The notes beneath the pieces were generated by a model, which did not search any database, had not been told where the DNA came from, and worked only from the letters and a program-made list of their open reading frames with translations. A program made the position numbers and the translations under genes. A stretch of DNA of 64,000 nt from Calditrichia bacterium (lineage in GTDB: Bacteria > Calditrichota > Calditrichia > RBG-13-44-9 > J075), in assembly GCA_050633245.1 (NCBI GenBank), contig JBOEGD010000008.1, positions 1 to 64,000 on the forward strand, given 5' to 3'. Shown piece by piece: positions 37,190 through 47,524 of the stretch; within the stretch, counting starts at the first letter, position 1; each line of letters starts with the position of its first letter.

Positions 37190-39778
37190 ATGAAAAAATC
37201 CCCGGTAATATCGACAGTTCCTTTGTTCCCAATATTTGTGTCTTTAATTCTGTTTTTATTGTGTTTGGGTGCTATCGCTTTTGCGGATTCTGTTTCTGTC
37301 CCTGCGGCGGATGCGGCAAAGAAATCCGAAGCAGCTCGCGCAGCTCTGATAAAGGAAGAAAACCCGGTCAGGCGAATTGTTTTCCTCAATAAAAATTGGA
37401 CGATTCTTAATCCTTCGAACGGAGAGAGGCGTGGAGAGCTTCGCGTACCGTTTTCCTTCAACGGGGAAAGCAAGTTGCTTTTGCAAACCGAATTCGATGT
37501 TACTTTCCAGCCTGGCGAAGAGGTGCGACTGCATCTTGGTAGTTTGAATGGTGCCTTTGCAATTCGATTAAACGATTCTACAATTGCACGTGATGCGCAA
37601 CGCTACCTCCCCTTTGATACGGTTCTGCCGCAGGGGATTTTGAAAAATGGTGCAAATTCGCTGCAAATCTTATTAGCCGACAACAGTAAAAGCGCAGCAG
37701 ATAAACCTCTCAGCAGCCTGATCAATTTACCGCGTTTAAATGTCGGAATTTTTACCAGCTCCTATTTGAGCATTGCCCCCCGCTACCGCATCCAAAATTT
37801 GATTGCCGGTATTAGAAGCGATTCTTCGAGCGTGCTTTTTGGCAGCCTTGCCCTCAATCATCCACTTCCTGATTCGCTGGGATTTCGCATCTCAATGCAA
37901 ATTTTGTCTGCCAATGGCAGCATCTTTCGACAAGAAGATATCGCGACTGCCGGCGAGAGCAAGTTTGAGTTACCCACCTGGAATCTGGATGCGCTACCCG
38001 TTTGGACACCCGAAAACCCAAATCTCTATACTCTGGAAATCCGCCTTGTAAATGCCGATGGTGATATCGATGTGATACGCAGACGTCTGGCCGTGCGCGA
38101 TACGCGTTTAAAGCGACAGTTATTAGAGAAAGATCTGTCGCTGAAGGGATTGAACTATGTTTATCAGACACCTGATGGCGCGGGATGGTTTGACGTCGAT
38201 CTGGTGCGCCGCGACCTGGAGGATATGAAGGCACGCGGTTATAACGCCGTGCGAGTCGTTTATCATACGCTGCCAGAGCAGTTCTATCGTATTTGTGATG
38301 AGCTTGGGTTGTATTGTCTGCAGGACTTACCAATTGTCTTCGCCGGAATTTCCAGCGATAGCCGCAATATTCCGCGCGAGTGGACGCGTGGTTACGCCCG
38401 AATGACCGACTTATCCAGACGCTATAGCAGCCTTTTGGCAGTCGGAGTTGCCTACAATATAAATGCGGAATCGAAGCTGCAGTGGAATCGTTTTGCACAG
38501 TTTTTAAAGCAGCTGAATGATTTACCGGTCATGCGCTATATCTCTACCTATAATCTTCCACCGGTTGCCGCTGCGAAAATTGATTTTCAACTTCTGGAGA
38601 TGGTCGATCGAAATAGCGTGCAGGAATCCCTCGCTCTGCTATCTGCACAGGGCAGCCTGCGCAAAAGCACAACCATAATGCCGTCCGGGTTTTCCCGCCC
38701 ACTCACGTATCGTATTGATTCAGAATTTCTGGTAGCAGACTCGCTGCAGATTGGTGAAATGGAACGTGAACTGAATACGTCCGCCGATGCTTTTGGATAC
38801 CCCGGGTATTTTGCTCGGACCTATAACGATTTTTATACGCAGCACCCATCCCTGCAAAACGGCATCCTTCCACGAGATCGGACGGAAAACACGACATTGG
38901 AGTCGTTCTTTCGCAGCCGGGTGGGGCTAGTCGATCTGACGCGCTCGGATAAGATGCAGAACGCTGAAGGCAGCTTTCGTCTGGACAATCCTACCCTGCG
39001 CGGTATGATTTCCGAAGGGAAGAGTGTGCATTCGTTCCTATACATCTTTGTGGGAATCCTGAACCTGTTTTTCTTTTTGATACTCTACAAACGCTTCAAG
39101 ATCTTTCGCCAGAACGTGCACTACAGTATTAAAAAGCCGCACGGATTTTTTGTGAATTTGCAAGAGCGCATTTCTGTGCCCTACAAACAATCATTCTTCC
39201 TGCTGGTGGTGATTGCGCTAAATGCAGCATTGGTTTATTCTGCGGTTGCCTTTTACTATCGCTACGACTTACGTCTCGATTATCTGCTGTCCTTTTTTGT
39301 CAGCAATCCGGGAATGAAAGCCACTCTGTCGGAACTGATTTGGAACCAACCTCAACTGCTCATTTTTGGGACGATTACCATTGCCGTTATTTTTATTCTT
39401 TTGGCACTGCCGATAAAGCTGCTGTCTTTGTTCAGCCAAAGTCGCGTACCTTTTAGTCAGGCCATTGCTGCAAGTATCTGGTCTGCAGCGCCATTTGCTA
39501 TTCTGCTGCCTCTCGGTATCTTCATGTACAATATCCTGATTGCAGTGAAATCCTATTGGATTCTCATCGGAGTGCTATTATATTTTCACGCTTGGTACTA
39601 TTTACGCTGGGTTAATGGAACTCGCGTATTAACCGATAAGCTGTATTCCCGCGTTTTTCTGCTCTTCTCTATTGTGGGACTGCTGCTGCTTGCCGGAATT
39701 GGCTACTACTATTACAGCTCCGGAAATATTCTTGAGCACCTGAACCTTCTTGAAAGTCTTAGTGAGGCTTTCAAATAA
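37190..39778 (+). CDS. GH2-like (beta-galactosidase-fold) ectodomain with C-terminal multi-pass membrane domain
   Basis: WTPENPNLY, LKGLNY, GYNAVR, CDELGLY; ~6 C-terminal TMs. Confidence 0.7.
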   Translation: MKKSPVISTVPLFPIFVSLILFLLCLGAIAFADSVSVPAADAAKKSEAARAALIKEENPVRRIVFLNKNWTILNPSNGERRGELRVPFSFNGESKLLLQTEFDVTFQPGEEVRLHLGSLNGAFAIRLNDSTIARDAQRYLPFDTVLPQGILKNGANSLQILLADNSKSAADKPLSSLINLPRLNVGIFTSSYLSIAPRYRIQNLIAGIRSDSSSVLFGSLALNHPLPDSLGFRISMQILSANGSIFRQEDIATAGESKFELPTWNLDALPVWTPENPNLYTLEIRLVNADGDIDVIRRRLAVRDTRLKRQLLEKDLSLKGLNYVYQTPDGAGWFDVDLVRRDLEDMKARGYNAVRVVYHTLPEQFYRICDELGLYCLQDLPIVFAGISSDSRNIPREWTRGYARMTDLSRRYSSLLAVGVAYNINAESKLQWNRFAQFLKQLNDLPVMRYISTYNLPPVAAAKIDFQLLEMVDRNSVQESLALLSAQGSLRKSTTIMPSGFSRPLTYRIDSEFLVADSLQIGEMERELNTSADAFGYPGYFARTYNDFYTQHPSLQNGILPRDRTENTTLESFFRSRVGLVDLTRSDKMQNAEGSFRLDNPTLRGMISEGKSVHSFLYIFVGILNLFFFLILYKRFKIFRQNVHYSIKKPHGFFVNLQERISVPYKQSFFLLVVIALNAALVYSAVAFYYRYDLRLDYLLSFFVSNPGMKATLSELIWNQPQLLIFGTITIAVIFILLALPIKLLSLFSQSRVPFSQAIAASIWSAAPFAILLPLGIFMYNILIAVKSYWILIGVLLYFHAWYYLRWVNGTRVLTDKLYSRVFLLFSIVGLLLLAGIGYYYYSSGNILEHLNLLESLSEAFK

Positions 39779-39812
39779 GTCAGGCTTTCAAATAAGTCAG
39801 GCTTTCGCATAA
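39765..39812 (+). repeat. 17-bp tandem repeat over the stop codon
   Basis: AGGCTTTCAAATAAGTC x2 plus AGGCTTTCGCATAA. Confidence 0.8.
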
Positions 39813-39834
39813 CCGACGCGGTATACGAGACAGC

Positions 39835-42800
39835 ATGTATCTATCCAAACTGGAAATTTTTGGTTTTAAGTCGTTTGCCAATAAGGCTGCTTTCAAATTT
39901 GATAGCGGCCTGACCGGTATTATTGGCCCAAATGGTTGCGGCAAGAGCAATATTGTCGATGCTATCAGATGGGTTCTCGGCGAGCAGCGTCCAAGAATCC
40001 TACGCTGTGATCGCATGGAAAACCTGATCTTCAACGGCACTGCAACCCGCAAACCGCTGAATCTTGCTGAAATTTCGATGACGATTGAAAACAATCGTAA
40101 TGTGCTGCCTTCCGAATATACTGAACTGAAAATTACCCGCCGTCTGCATCGTTCCGGAGACAGTGAATATTTGATTAATAATGAACAGGTGCGACTGATG
40201 GATATCGTTAACTTGTTCACTGATACCGGGATGGGCGCCGATGCCTATTCGGTTATCGAGCTTAAAATGGTCGAACAGATTCTCAGCGATAATGCCGAAG
40301 AGCGTCGCCGATTGTTTGAAGAAGCTGCCGGAATAAAGAAATATAAGGCTCGCCGTCGCTCTGCGTTCAACAAGTTGGATACCACGACGAAAGAACTGAC
40401 TCGTCTTGATGACTTGATTAGCGAAGTGCAGCGCAATGTGAACTCATTGTCTCGCCAGGTTGGCAAAGCCCGTCGCTATCATGAATACAAAAATGACTTG
40501 AAGGACAGCGAGTTACTGTTGTCTCATCTGCGCATAAATTCTTACCGCACCGAACTTGGCCCATTAAAGACCGAGCTTGAGCAGGTTGGAAACTCGCGCG
40601 ATACGCTTGGCAAAGAAGTTCATGTAGAGGAAGCTGCGCTTGAAAAAATGCAGGCTGAGTTCGTCGAGCTGGAGCAAAGCTATCGCCGTTTGTCTTCCGA
40701 TCTTTATCAAAAAGATGAAGGTATACGACAGCTGCAAAGCAACAAGCAGTTGAAGCAACAGCGTATCGATTCGCTAAAAGAAAGTATTTCCTCTTTTCAG
40801 CGTGAAGTAGAATTTCAGCGCGAAAAAATTGAACAGCTCGATGGGCAGCGAGATTCTCTGCAGGGACAGGGCGAGTCGAATACTCAGGAGATATCCGATG
40901 CGCAAAGCCGCTATCGCGAGTCTGCCAATAAGCAGCTGGAAGTCGAAAGCCGCTATGAAAAGGTTCGTAATGAGTATCAGCGATTTGTGCAGGAAAACTT
41001 GCAGGATTTACAGCAATCCGGTGATGTAAAAGAAAATTATCAGCGCTTACAGCTCGAAAAAGAAAGTATCGCCGCCCGTCTAAATCGTAGCCGCGAGACC
41101 ATGAAGCGTTATGATGACGAACTGAAGCGTGGCAATACTCGCCTTGAAGAACTGGAAACAGATCATTCCCGACTTAAAGAAGACCAGTCCATGTATACCA
41201 AGGAGCTGGAACATCTTGAGACAACGGTGAAATCTTTGCTGCAACGTCAGCAGCAGCTGCGGGAAGAAATTGCTCGGGGCGAAGGTGAGTTGGAAAAGGT
41301 GCGCAGCAAACGTGACTTTCTCGATAATCTTATCAACAGCTATGAAGGTTTTTCCGAAAGCGTTCAGTTTGTAATGTCTAATAAGGGCAAATACAATGGT
41401 ATTGTAGACACTTTGGCAAATCTGGTGGACTGTGATGTTGAATATCGCCCGGCATTGGAAAGCTTCCTGGCCGGCATTTCAAACTATCTGGTAGTAGAAG
41501 AAACGGACACTGCCCGCGAAATTTTTGGACGACTGCGCAGTGATGAAAAAGGCCGCATGACGGTAGTTCCAATGTCTATGCTGAAGAAGCTGACAGCTGC
41601 GGAAGGTCCGGCGTCAACTGCTTCGATGCAGCGCTTTCGCGAATTGGTAAACTGTCCGCAGAACTATCGCCCACTGTTCGATTATCTTTTTCAGTCCGTT
41701 TACCTCGTAGATGATCTGGAGAACGCGATCGCGATGCGTGAGAATCATCCAACATTGACATATGTAACTCGCGATGGTGAGATTCTGGGAGATTGGGGAC
41801 AAATTACCGGTGGAACCGTAAGTAAAAAAGTGAATCTGATTGGCCGTAAGGAACGCTACGAAAAGCTCTGTAAAGACTTCGAGACTTTGGAAGGCGATAT
41901 TGTCAACAAAAAGGCTGAACTGGAAAAGACCGGTCTTTCGCTTCAGGAAAAAGATGGAAAACGCGGTGAGTTTGAAGAACTGCTTCGCGGCGTAAATCGC
42001 GAGATGACCGAACTGGATAAGCAGGTGAATCAGCAGCGTTATGAAGTAGGGCGACTTACCGAAAATAGCAGCGAGATTTCATCGGAAATGAAGTTTGATG
42101 AAGACAAGTCTACTGCAATCGAGGCGGATGAGAAAAAACTGTTGCCGCAAATTCGCGAGCTGGAAGCGAAGGTTACTTCTTATCGCGAGCAGGAAGGCGC
42201 GCTGAAAATAAAGCAGCAGCAGGGCGAAGAAGGCGTTCGTGAAATTACCCGCATTACTCAGGAACTACAGATTACCTATCTGAATCTGATTTCTCAGGAA
42301 AAAGAGCTTTCTCAAAAAATCCAGTTTATGCAGCAGGGAATTACCGAAGCGCAAACCTTTATTATGAATCGGGAAGAAAAGATTGGCGAAAATAATAAAG
42401 AAACCGACGTGCTTTCAGAAGAAACGGTTGCCATAGATGCTAAACTGGAACTTGCCTTTAAAGATCGCGATGCTGCTGAAGAGCTGAAGAATAATGCGGA
42501 ACGCCAGTTTCAGGAACTGCGCGGGACCATTCATAGCTCGGAAGCTGAACTGAAAAAGAAGCAGCGCTTATGGAATCAGGCGCGTGAGCGCATGCAGGAA
42601 GTTGAGTTGCGCGTACGCGAGATTCAGGTGAAGCTGGCCGGACATGAAGAGCAGCTACAGGAAAACTACGGTAAAGAAGCACTTGAATTTGATATAAAAG
42701 AGATGGATCCGTCTACCTCTATTCATTCGCTGCAGGAAAAGATTGATACGACACGACGTAAGCTGGAAGCGCTTGGTGATGTAAATCCGCTGGCGATTAA

Positions 42801-43365
42801 AGAACATGAGAAAGAAAAGGAACGTCTCGATTTCAACAACGCCCAACGAGACGATCTGTTGTCTGCCCGGGATCAGCTTTTAGAAACGATCGATCAACTG
42901 AATACCACAGCGCGTAAGCAGTTCATCGAAACCCTTGAACAAATTCAGATAAACTTTCAGCGCGTTTTTTCCGAGTTCTTCCCTGGTGGCACAGCGGAGC
43001 TTGCACTTCTGGAAAGCCGTGATCCCCTGGAAGCGAATATTGATATCAGCGTGAATCATAAGGGTAAGAAACTGCAGACGCTGACTCTGATGTCTGCCGG
43101 TGAAAAAACGCTGACTGCGATATCACTGCTTTTTGCCATCTATTTGGTTAAACCAAGCCCCTTTTGTATCCTCGATGAGGTTGACGCACCATTGGATGAT
43201 GTAAATGTTTCCCGTCTTACCGGTGCGCTGAATATTTTTGCCAGCGAAACGCAATTTTTGCTGGTAACCCACAACAAGAAAACGATGGAAGCAACGGATG
43301 CTCTCTATGGAATTACAATGGAAGAGCAAGGTGTATCCAAAGTTGTATCCGTAAAATTTGATTAG
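39835..43365 (+). CDS. smc: Chromosome segregation protein SMC
   Basis: GFKSFA, GPNGCGKSN, hinge, MSAGEK, LDEVDAPLD. Confidence 0.97.
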   Translation: MYLSKLEIFGFKSFANKAAFKFDSGLTGIIGPNGCGKSNIVDAIRWVLGEQRPRILRCDRMENLIFNGTATRKPLNLAEISMTIENNRNVLPSEYTELKITRRLHRSGDSEYLINNEQVRLMDIVNLFTDTGMGADAYSVIELKMVEQILSDNAEERRRLFEEAAGIKKYKARRRSAFNKLDTTTKELTRLDDLISEVQRNVNSLSRQVGKARRYHEYKNDLKDSELLLSHLRINSYRTELGPLKTELEQVGNSRDTLGKEVHVEEAALEKMQAEFVELEQSYRRLSSDLYQKDEGIRQLQSNKQLKQQRIDSLKESISSFQREVEFQREKIEQLDGQRDSLQGQGESNTQEISDAQSRYRESANKQLEVESRYEKVRNEYQRFVQENLQDLQQSGDVKENYQRLQLEKESIAARLNRSRETMKRYDDELKRGNTRLEELETDHSRLKEDQSMYTKELEHLETTVKSLLQRQQQLREEIARGEGELEKVRSKRDFLDNLINSYEGFSESVQFVMSNKGKYNGIVDTLANLVDCDVEYRPALESFLAGISNYLVVEETDTAREIFGRLRSDEKGRMTVVPMSMLKKLTAAEGPASTASMQRFRELVNCPQNYRPLFDYLFQSVYLVDDLENAIAMRENHPTLTYVTRDGEILGDWGQITGGTVSKKVNLIGRKERYEKLCKDFETLEGDIVNKKAELEKTGLSLQEKDGKRGEFEELLRGVNREMTELDKQVNQQRYEVGRLTENSSEISSEMKFDEDKSTAIEADEKKLLPQIRELEAKVTSYREQEGALKIKQQQGEEGVREITRITQELQITYLNLISQEKELSQKIQFMQQGITEAQTFIMNREEKIGENNKETDVLSEETVAIDAKLELAFKDRDAAEELKNNAERQFQELRGTIHSSEAELKKKQRLWNQARERMQEVELRVREIQVKLAGHEEQLQENYGKEALEFDIKEMDPSTSIHSLQEKIDTTRRKLEALGDVNPLAIKEHEKEKERLDFNNAQRDDLLSARDQLLETIDQLNTTARKQFIETLEQIQINFQRVFSEFFPGGTAELALLESRDPLEANIDISVNHKGKKLQTLTLMSAGEKTLTAISLLFAIYLVKPSPFCILDEVDAPLDDVNVSRLTGALNIFASETQFLLVTHNKKTMEATDALYGITMEEQGVSKVVSVKFD

Positions 43366-43518
43366 CCCTTTCCTGTTAATTTGTCTCTTTTTATAATTGC
43401 TATGGGTTGAGGGAACTTATTTCACCCCCGCTCATTAGAACAGGCGGGAGAATGAGCGTTTTAGCGGTTAATTCCGTGATTCACCTGTGGTGAATAGAAA
43501 GACGACTGGAGATGTTTG

Positions 43519-44925
43519 ATGATGTTACGCTATGCGTTGCTGCTTGTTTTGCTTACCAATTTGGGTGCACAACCACGTGCCTTTTTACCACTTAGCGTTG
43601 ACTATGCGGTTTTTAATTCTGCCAGCACCGGTAGTTATGTGGAAATCTATGTTGCCTGTCTGCAAAATTCTCTGAAGTATGAAAAAGATGATGACGGTAT
43701 GGTTGCTCGCTTTAATGTGGAAGTTCAGATGAAGCAAGCTGAAGAGGAAACAAAGCACCACACTGAAAGCTTGTTAGCGCGAGTGGATTCTGAAGATGAT
43801 ATTCAAGATGGCAGTGAACTTCGCCACGTGATTCGTCTTTCTCCGGAGCCCGGTGAATATAGTCTGCGAGTGGCATTGACCGATGCAATTAGTGGAAAGG
43901 CCGGCGAGTTTCTAACCGATATTTCCATTCGTACACTCAGCGACAGCTCGTTTGAGATGAGCGACATTCAATTTTGTTCAAAGATTATCCGCGCGCAGGG
44001 AGAAGGGCAGTTTAATAAAAATGGACTGCGTGTTATCCCAAATTCATCTTCTGTTTACAGTATTACCATGCCGGTGCTTTACTATTATGCTGAGCTCTAC
44101 AATCTGTCATATGATGCAGAGAATAACGGCACCTATACCCTTGAGTCTATTATCACCACAAAGGAAGGCGATATTGTAAAGACCTTCCCGGTAAAGAAAA
44201 CAAGAAAACCCGGAACCACCGCAGTGCTTGCGGGTGGACATAATATTGTTACGCTGCCGTCGGATACCTATTTCCTAAAACTTCGCGTTACCGACGATGA
44301 AACGGGGACGAAGACTGAAAGCTCGAAGCGCTTCTTTTTGTTTAAACCGACTAAAGAGCAGCTGGCTGCAGCTCAGGAAGGCGCCGCAAATACCAATGAT
44401 TTAATGACGGCATATTACGTCAATCTTTCGGAAGAAGAGCTTGATGCTGAATTTAACAAAGCACGTTATATTGCCCGCCCGGAAGAGAAAAAGATTTATG
44501 AAAATCTGGACTCTTCAGCGAAAGTACAGTTCCTGGTTGAGTTTTGGAATCGTCGTGATGATGATAAAACGACCCGCAGCAACGAATTTAAGCGTACCTA
44601 TTTGCAGCTGGTAGATTATGCCTCGGAGAATTTTACTACCAAGTTTAGCAATGGCTGGAAAAGCGATCGGGGTCGGGTGCTACTCGTTTATGGCGCGCCG
44701 AGCGAAATTGAGCGTAGTCCAATGGAGCGTGGATCGAAGCCTTATGAAATCTGGTCTTATGATGAGCTGGAAGGGGGCAGTATTTTTGTATTCGCCGACC
44801 TGCGTGGCTTTGGAGACTATGAACTGATCCACTCGACATATAGTAAGGAACTGTATCAACCGGATTGGGAACGTCAAATTCTGCGCCGCCGTAGTGGAGA
44901 CCTGTTTGATCCGAATAACAATTAA
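43519..44925 (+). CDS. GWxTD domain-containing secreted protein
   Basis: FWNRRD, GWKSDRGRVLLVYGAP, PYEIWSY. Confidence 0.87.
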   Translation: MMLRYALLLVLLTNLGAQPRAFLPLSVDYAVFNSASTGSYVEIYVACLQNSLKYEKDDDGMVARFNVEVQMKQAEEETKHHTESLLARVDSEDDIQDGSELRHVIRLSPEPGEYSLRVALTDAISGKAGEFLTDISIRTLSDSSFEMSDIQFCSKIIRAQGEGQFNKNGLRVIPNSSSVYSITMPVLYYYAELYNLSYDAENNGTYTLESIITTKEGDIVKTFPVKKTRKPGTTAVLAGGHNIVTLPSDTYFLKLRVTDDETGTKTESSKRFFLFKPTKEQLAAAQEGAANTNDLMTAYYVNLSEEELDAEFNKARYIARPEEKKIYENLDSSAKVQFLVEFWNRRDDDKTTRSNEFKRTYLQLVDYASENFTTKFSNGWKSDRGRVLLVYGAPSEIERSPMERGSKPYEIWSYDELEGGSIFVFADLRGFGDYELIHSTYSKELYQPDWERQILRRRSGDLFDPNNN

Positions 44926-44927
44926 TT

Positions 44928-45017
44928 GATGAGTTATGATTGATTAATTATGAATTAAAAGACACTCGTAAACAGGTTCATAACTCATGATTCATAACTC
45001 ATGATTCATAACTCATC
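44928..45017. repeat. Inverted heptamer arrays between convergent genes
   Basis: Left GATGAGTTATGA...ATTATGAA; right (TTCATAACTCATGA)x~3; the arms are complementary. Confidence 0.75.
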
Positions 45018-45927
45018 ATTCCAATTCCATTCCCAAATCATCCTGCATATAGCGTTCGAAATTCTTTCGCGATACCAGATCGATAGCGCGCTTTGCGGCC
45101 AGTTGAACCTCGGTGTTCTCGTGTAAGCTGAATGCTTGTAGAACCTGTGGCAAGTCTACCGTTTGATTAATGCCGGCAAGTGAGTTGATTGTTGCAATCA
45201 GGATATCGTCATTCTCATGATTTAAGAGCGCTTCAAGCTGACTGGCCAGCTCGCTGGAATGTGTGTTCATAACACTGCGAATCGCTTCAAGTAGTAATGC
45301 ACTTTCAGTCTCGCTGCTAATAATCCTGGAAAGCTCATCCATCCAATACTCCGGGAATTTCCCCATGGCACGCACGGAAGCTTTTTGTAAGCCAAGAATT
45401 CCGCTCTCAAATAAATCCTGTACCTTGTAACGAATTGTTTCCTGAAATCCAAGCCAGGAGAGTGCATCCATTGCTGGTTCCTGAATAACCGGATCATCAT
45501 CGTATTCTAACAGATTCAGCAGCGCGTGTTTTACGCCGACATATTCATCCGTCAGGCTACCGGTTTGATATTCTTCCCATTCTTCGGCATCGTCGAGATA
45601 ATTGTTTGCTCCGGAAGCTTCCTCAAACCCTTGCTCAATTCCTTCACGAATAACTGTGCCAAGAGTTCGAATGGCAGCATAACGTACGGCATCACTATCG
45701 TCGTATTGAGATAATCCCATAACGACGCTAAGCACACCTTGCTCGAATATGCAGCCTTCAGCAGCAAGTGCCGCAGCTGCGCGAATTCGCTCATCTGAGG
45801 ACTGAAATTGCTCTTTCAGAAAGGCAATGTTCTGAGTGGTGTAATTCTGCTGATCGCGAATTGCAGCAACCTGATCGAGAATCATCTGCCAGTCGGGATT
45901 CTCTATATTGAAATCCATATTGTCCAT
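45016..45927 (-). CDS. Acidic HEAT-repeat protein
   Basis: ERIRAAAA, AVRYAAIRTLG, EVQLAAKRAI. Confidence 0.7.
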   Translation of the reverse strand: MDNMDFNIENPDWQMILDQVAAIRDQQNYTTQNIAFLKEQFQSSDERIRAAAALAAEGCIFEQGVLSVVMGLSQYDDSDAVRYAAIRTLGTVIREGIEQGFEEASGANNYLDDAEEWEEYQTGSLTDEYVGVKHALLNLLEYDDDPVIQEPAMDALSWLGFQETIRYKVQDLFESGILGLQKASVRAMGKFPEYWMDELSRIISSETESALLLEAIRSVMNTHSSELASQLEALLNHENDDILIATINSLAGINQTVDLPQVLQAFSLHENTEVQLAAKRAIDLVSRKNFERYMQDDLGMELE

Positions 45928-46024
45928 TCAAAGTTCAAGGTTCAAAATTCAAAATTCAAAATTCAAGGTTCACCGTTCAAAGTTCACCGTTCAAAGTTCA
46001 CCGTTCAAAGTTCACCGTTCAAAG
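45927..46024. repeat. Heptamer tandem array, 14 units of TTCA(AAG/AGG/AAA/CCG)
   Basis: Counted directly; the right half alternates TTCACCG and TTCAAAG. Confidence 0.92.
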
Positions 46025-46053
46025 TTAAGTGCGCTATGTGCGAAAGGGAAAGG

Positions 46054-47514
46054 TTAATTACTTTTTCTACCGAGGAAAAAGCCCAGCAGGCTACAGAGAA
46101 AACCATATAAAATATAGCCGACCTGGGTATCAGCAAGCCATTGCGGTGAGATGCCGGTGAGTTGCCCGCGCGATTCCAGGAAGTAGAAAATCAGCGTTCC
46201 AAGAAATCCGAAGATAACAGACAGCTGAACTTGACGGGCACTTGTTGATGGACGAAATGCTGCAATTACCGGAATAAAGATAGTTGTCGTCAGAATACCA
46301 GATGATAGATAGAAGATGTCCCAGAGCGAATCGGTAAACAATGCATAAATGAAAGCTGCTGCTACGGCTCCAACTGAAGATAGTCGGGCAAAGTGGCTCA
46401 GCCATTCGCGCGAGCGATTTTTTACCGCAGGTTCTACTAAATCATAGGAAAAGGAAAGTGCGACAATATTGCTACAGGTATCGACGGTAGACATTGCCGC
46501 GGCAACAAGCCCTGTTCCAAGCAATATGGCAAGCCAGGCCGGTGCATGATCGGCCATGAACACGCTGAAGATAACCGCGCCATCCTGTAGGCTTGGTGGT
46601 ACGATGCCATCAACCGGTGGATAGAGCATCAGTGCACACAGTCCGGTTAAGAGCGGCATGAGTCCAACGAAAAGCATTGAATTGCTTGCTGTAATAATAA
46701 TGGCTTTACGTGCTTCGGCATCGCTGCGGGCTGCCTGCAGACGCACCCAAATGTCGGTCTCAACAATCCAGCCGGGAAGATAAGCCAGGAATGTCATAGC
46801 AATGAGTGCGATACCCGGAGAAAGCAGCTGTGGCAGGTCAGGTGAGGCTTTTGGAGCCAATGCTCCGGCATCGATCAGACTGCCAATATCAGGGAAGTTT
46901 GCAGCGGTTAGTCCAATTCCTGCCATAATGGTAATAAACAGCGCTACCAGCGCGAATTGAATCTTATCGGTTGAAACGACCGCCTCGAAGCCGCCAGTGT
47001 AGCTATAAACCGCAACGACTAATGCGATTAAAAAAAGAGCGGTGGTTAGCGAAACGTTTAGAAAGGGTGCGATTAAAAGTCCGGCAGCATAGATCTCGGC
47101 ACCTGCCCAGACGATGAACACTGCGATAAGCGGTGGGGCGAGCAATTGGCGAGTCTTTGGGCCAAAGCGTTTGCCCAGAAGCTCCGGCTGCGAAAAGGCA
47201 TCCAGCTTGCGGAACATCGGAGCGAAAATGTAAAATCCACCCATCGTTAGCAGCCAGGGCAATAGCAACAGCCATATTGCGCCAATCCCATACCAGTAAA
47301 ACAGCTGCACGCCGTATACGCAAGACCAGCTAACAGACATCATACCTGCCGAAATTGACAGACCGCTGGACCAGCCGGAAAGATTGCGGTCTGCCGACCA
47401 GAAGGTTGCGGTTGTTTCTGCTGATTTGCGCTTTAGATAGATTGAAATGCCCAGTCCGATAACCAGAGCACTGTAGCCCAGAAAAGCGAGCCAATACAGT
47501 TGGGTGATGGTCAT
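46054..47514 (-). CDS. Sodium:solute symporter family protein
   Basis: GGFEAVVSTDKIQ, AAAMSTVD, ~13 TMs; start set at MTITQ. Confidence 0.88.
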   Translation of the reverse strand: MTITQLYWLAFLGYSALVIGLGISIYLKRKSAETTATFWSADRNLSGWSSGLSISAGMMSVSWSCVYGVQLFYWYGIGAIWLLLLPWLLTMGGFYIFAPMFRKLDAFSQPELLGKRFGPKTRQLLAPPLIAVFIVWAGAEIYAAGLLIAPFLNVSLTTALFLIALVVAVYSYTGGFEAVVSTDKIQFALVALFITIMAGIGLTAANFPDIGSLIDAGALAPKASPDLPQLLSPGIALIAMTFLAYLPGWIVETDIWVRLQAARSDAEARKAIIITASNSMLFVGLMPLLTGLCALMLYPPVDGIVPPSLQDGAVIFSVFMADHAPAWLAILLGTGLVAAAMSTVDTCSNIVALSFSYDLVEPAVKNRSREWLSHFARLSSVGAVAAAFIYALFTDSLWDIFYLSSGILTTTIFIPVIAAFRPSTSARQVQLSVIFGFLGTLIFYFLESRGQLTGISPQWLADTQVGYILYGFLCSLLGFFLGRKSN

Positions 47515-47524
47515 GCAAATTCCA

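Noticed and set aside
45927-46024. CRISPR array
   Set aside because: Contiguous 7-bp units without unique spacers; no cas genes. No CRISPR-like array was seen anywhere in the window.
45808-46110. 100-aa ORF with SKFKVQ-type repeats
   Set aside because: Translation artefact of the heptamer array; overlaps two real genes.
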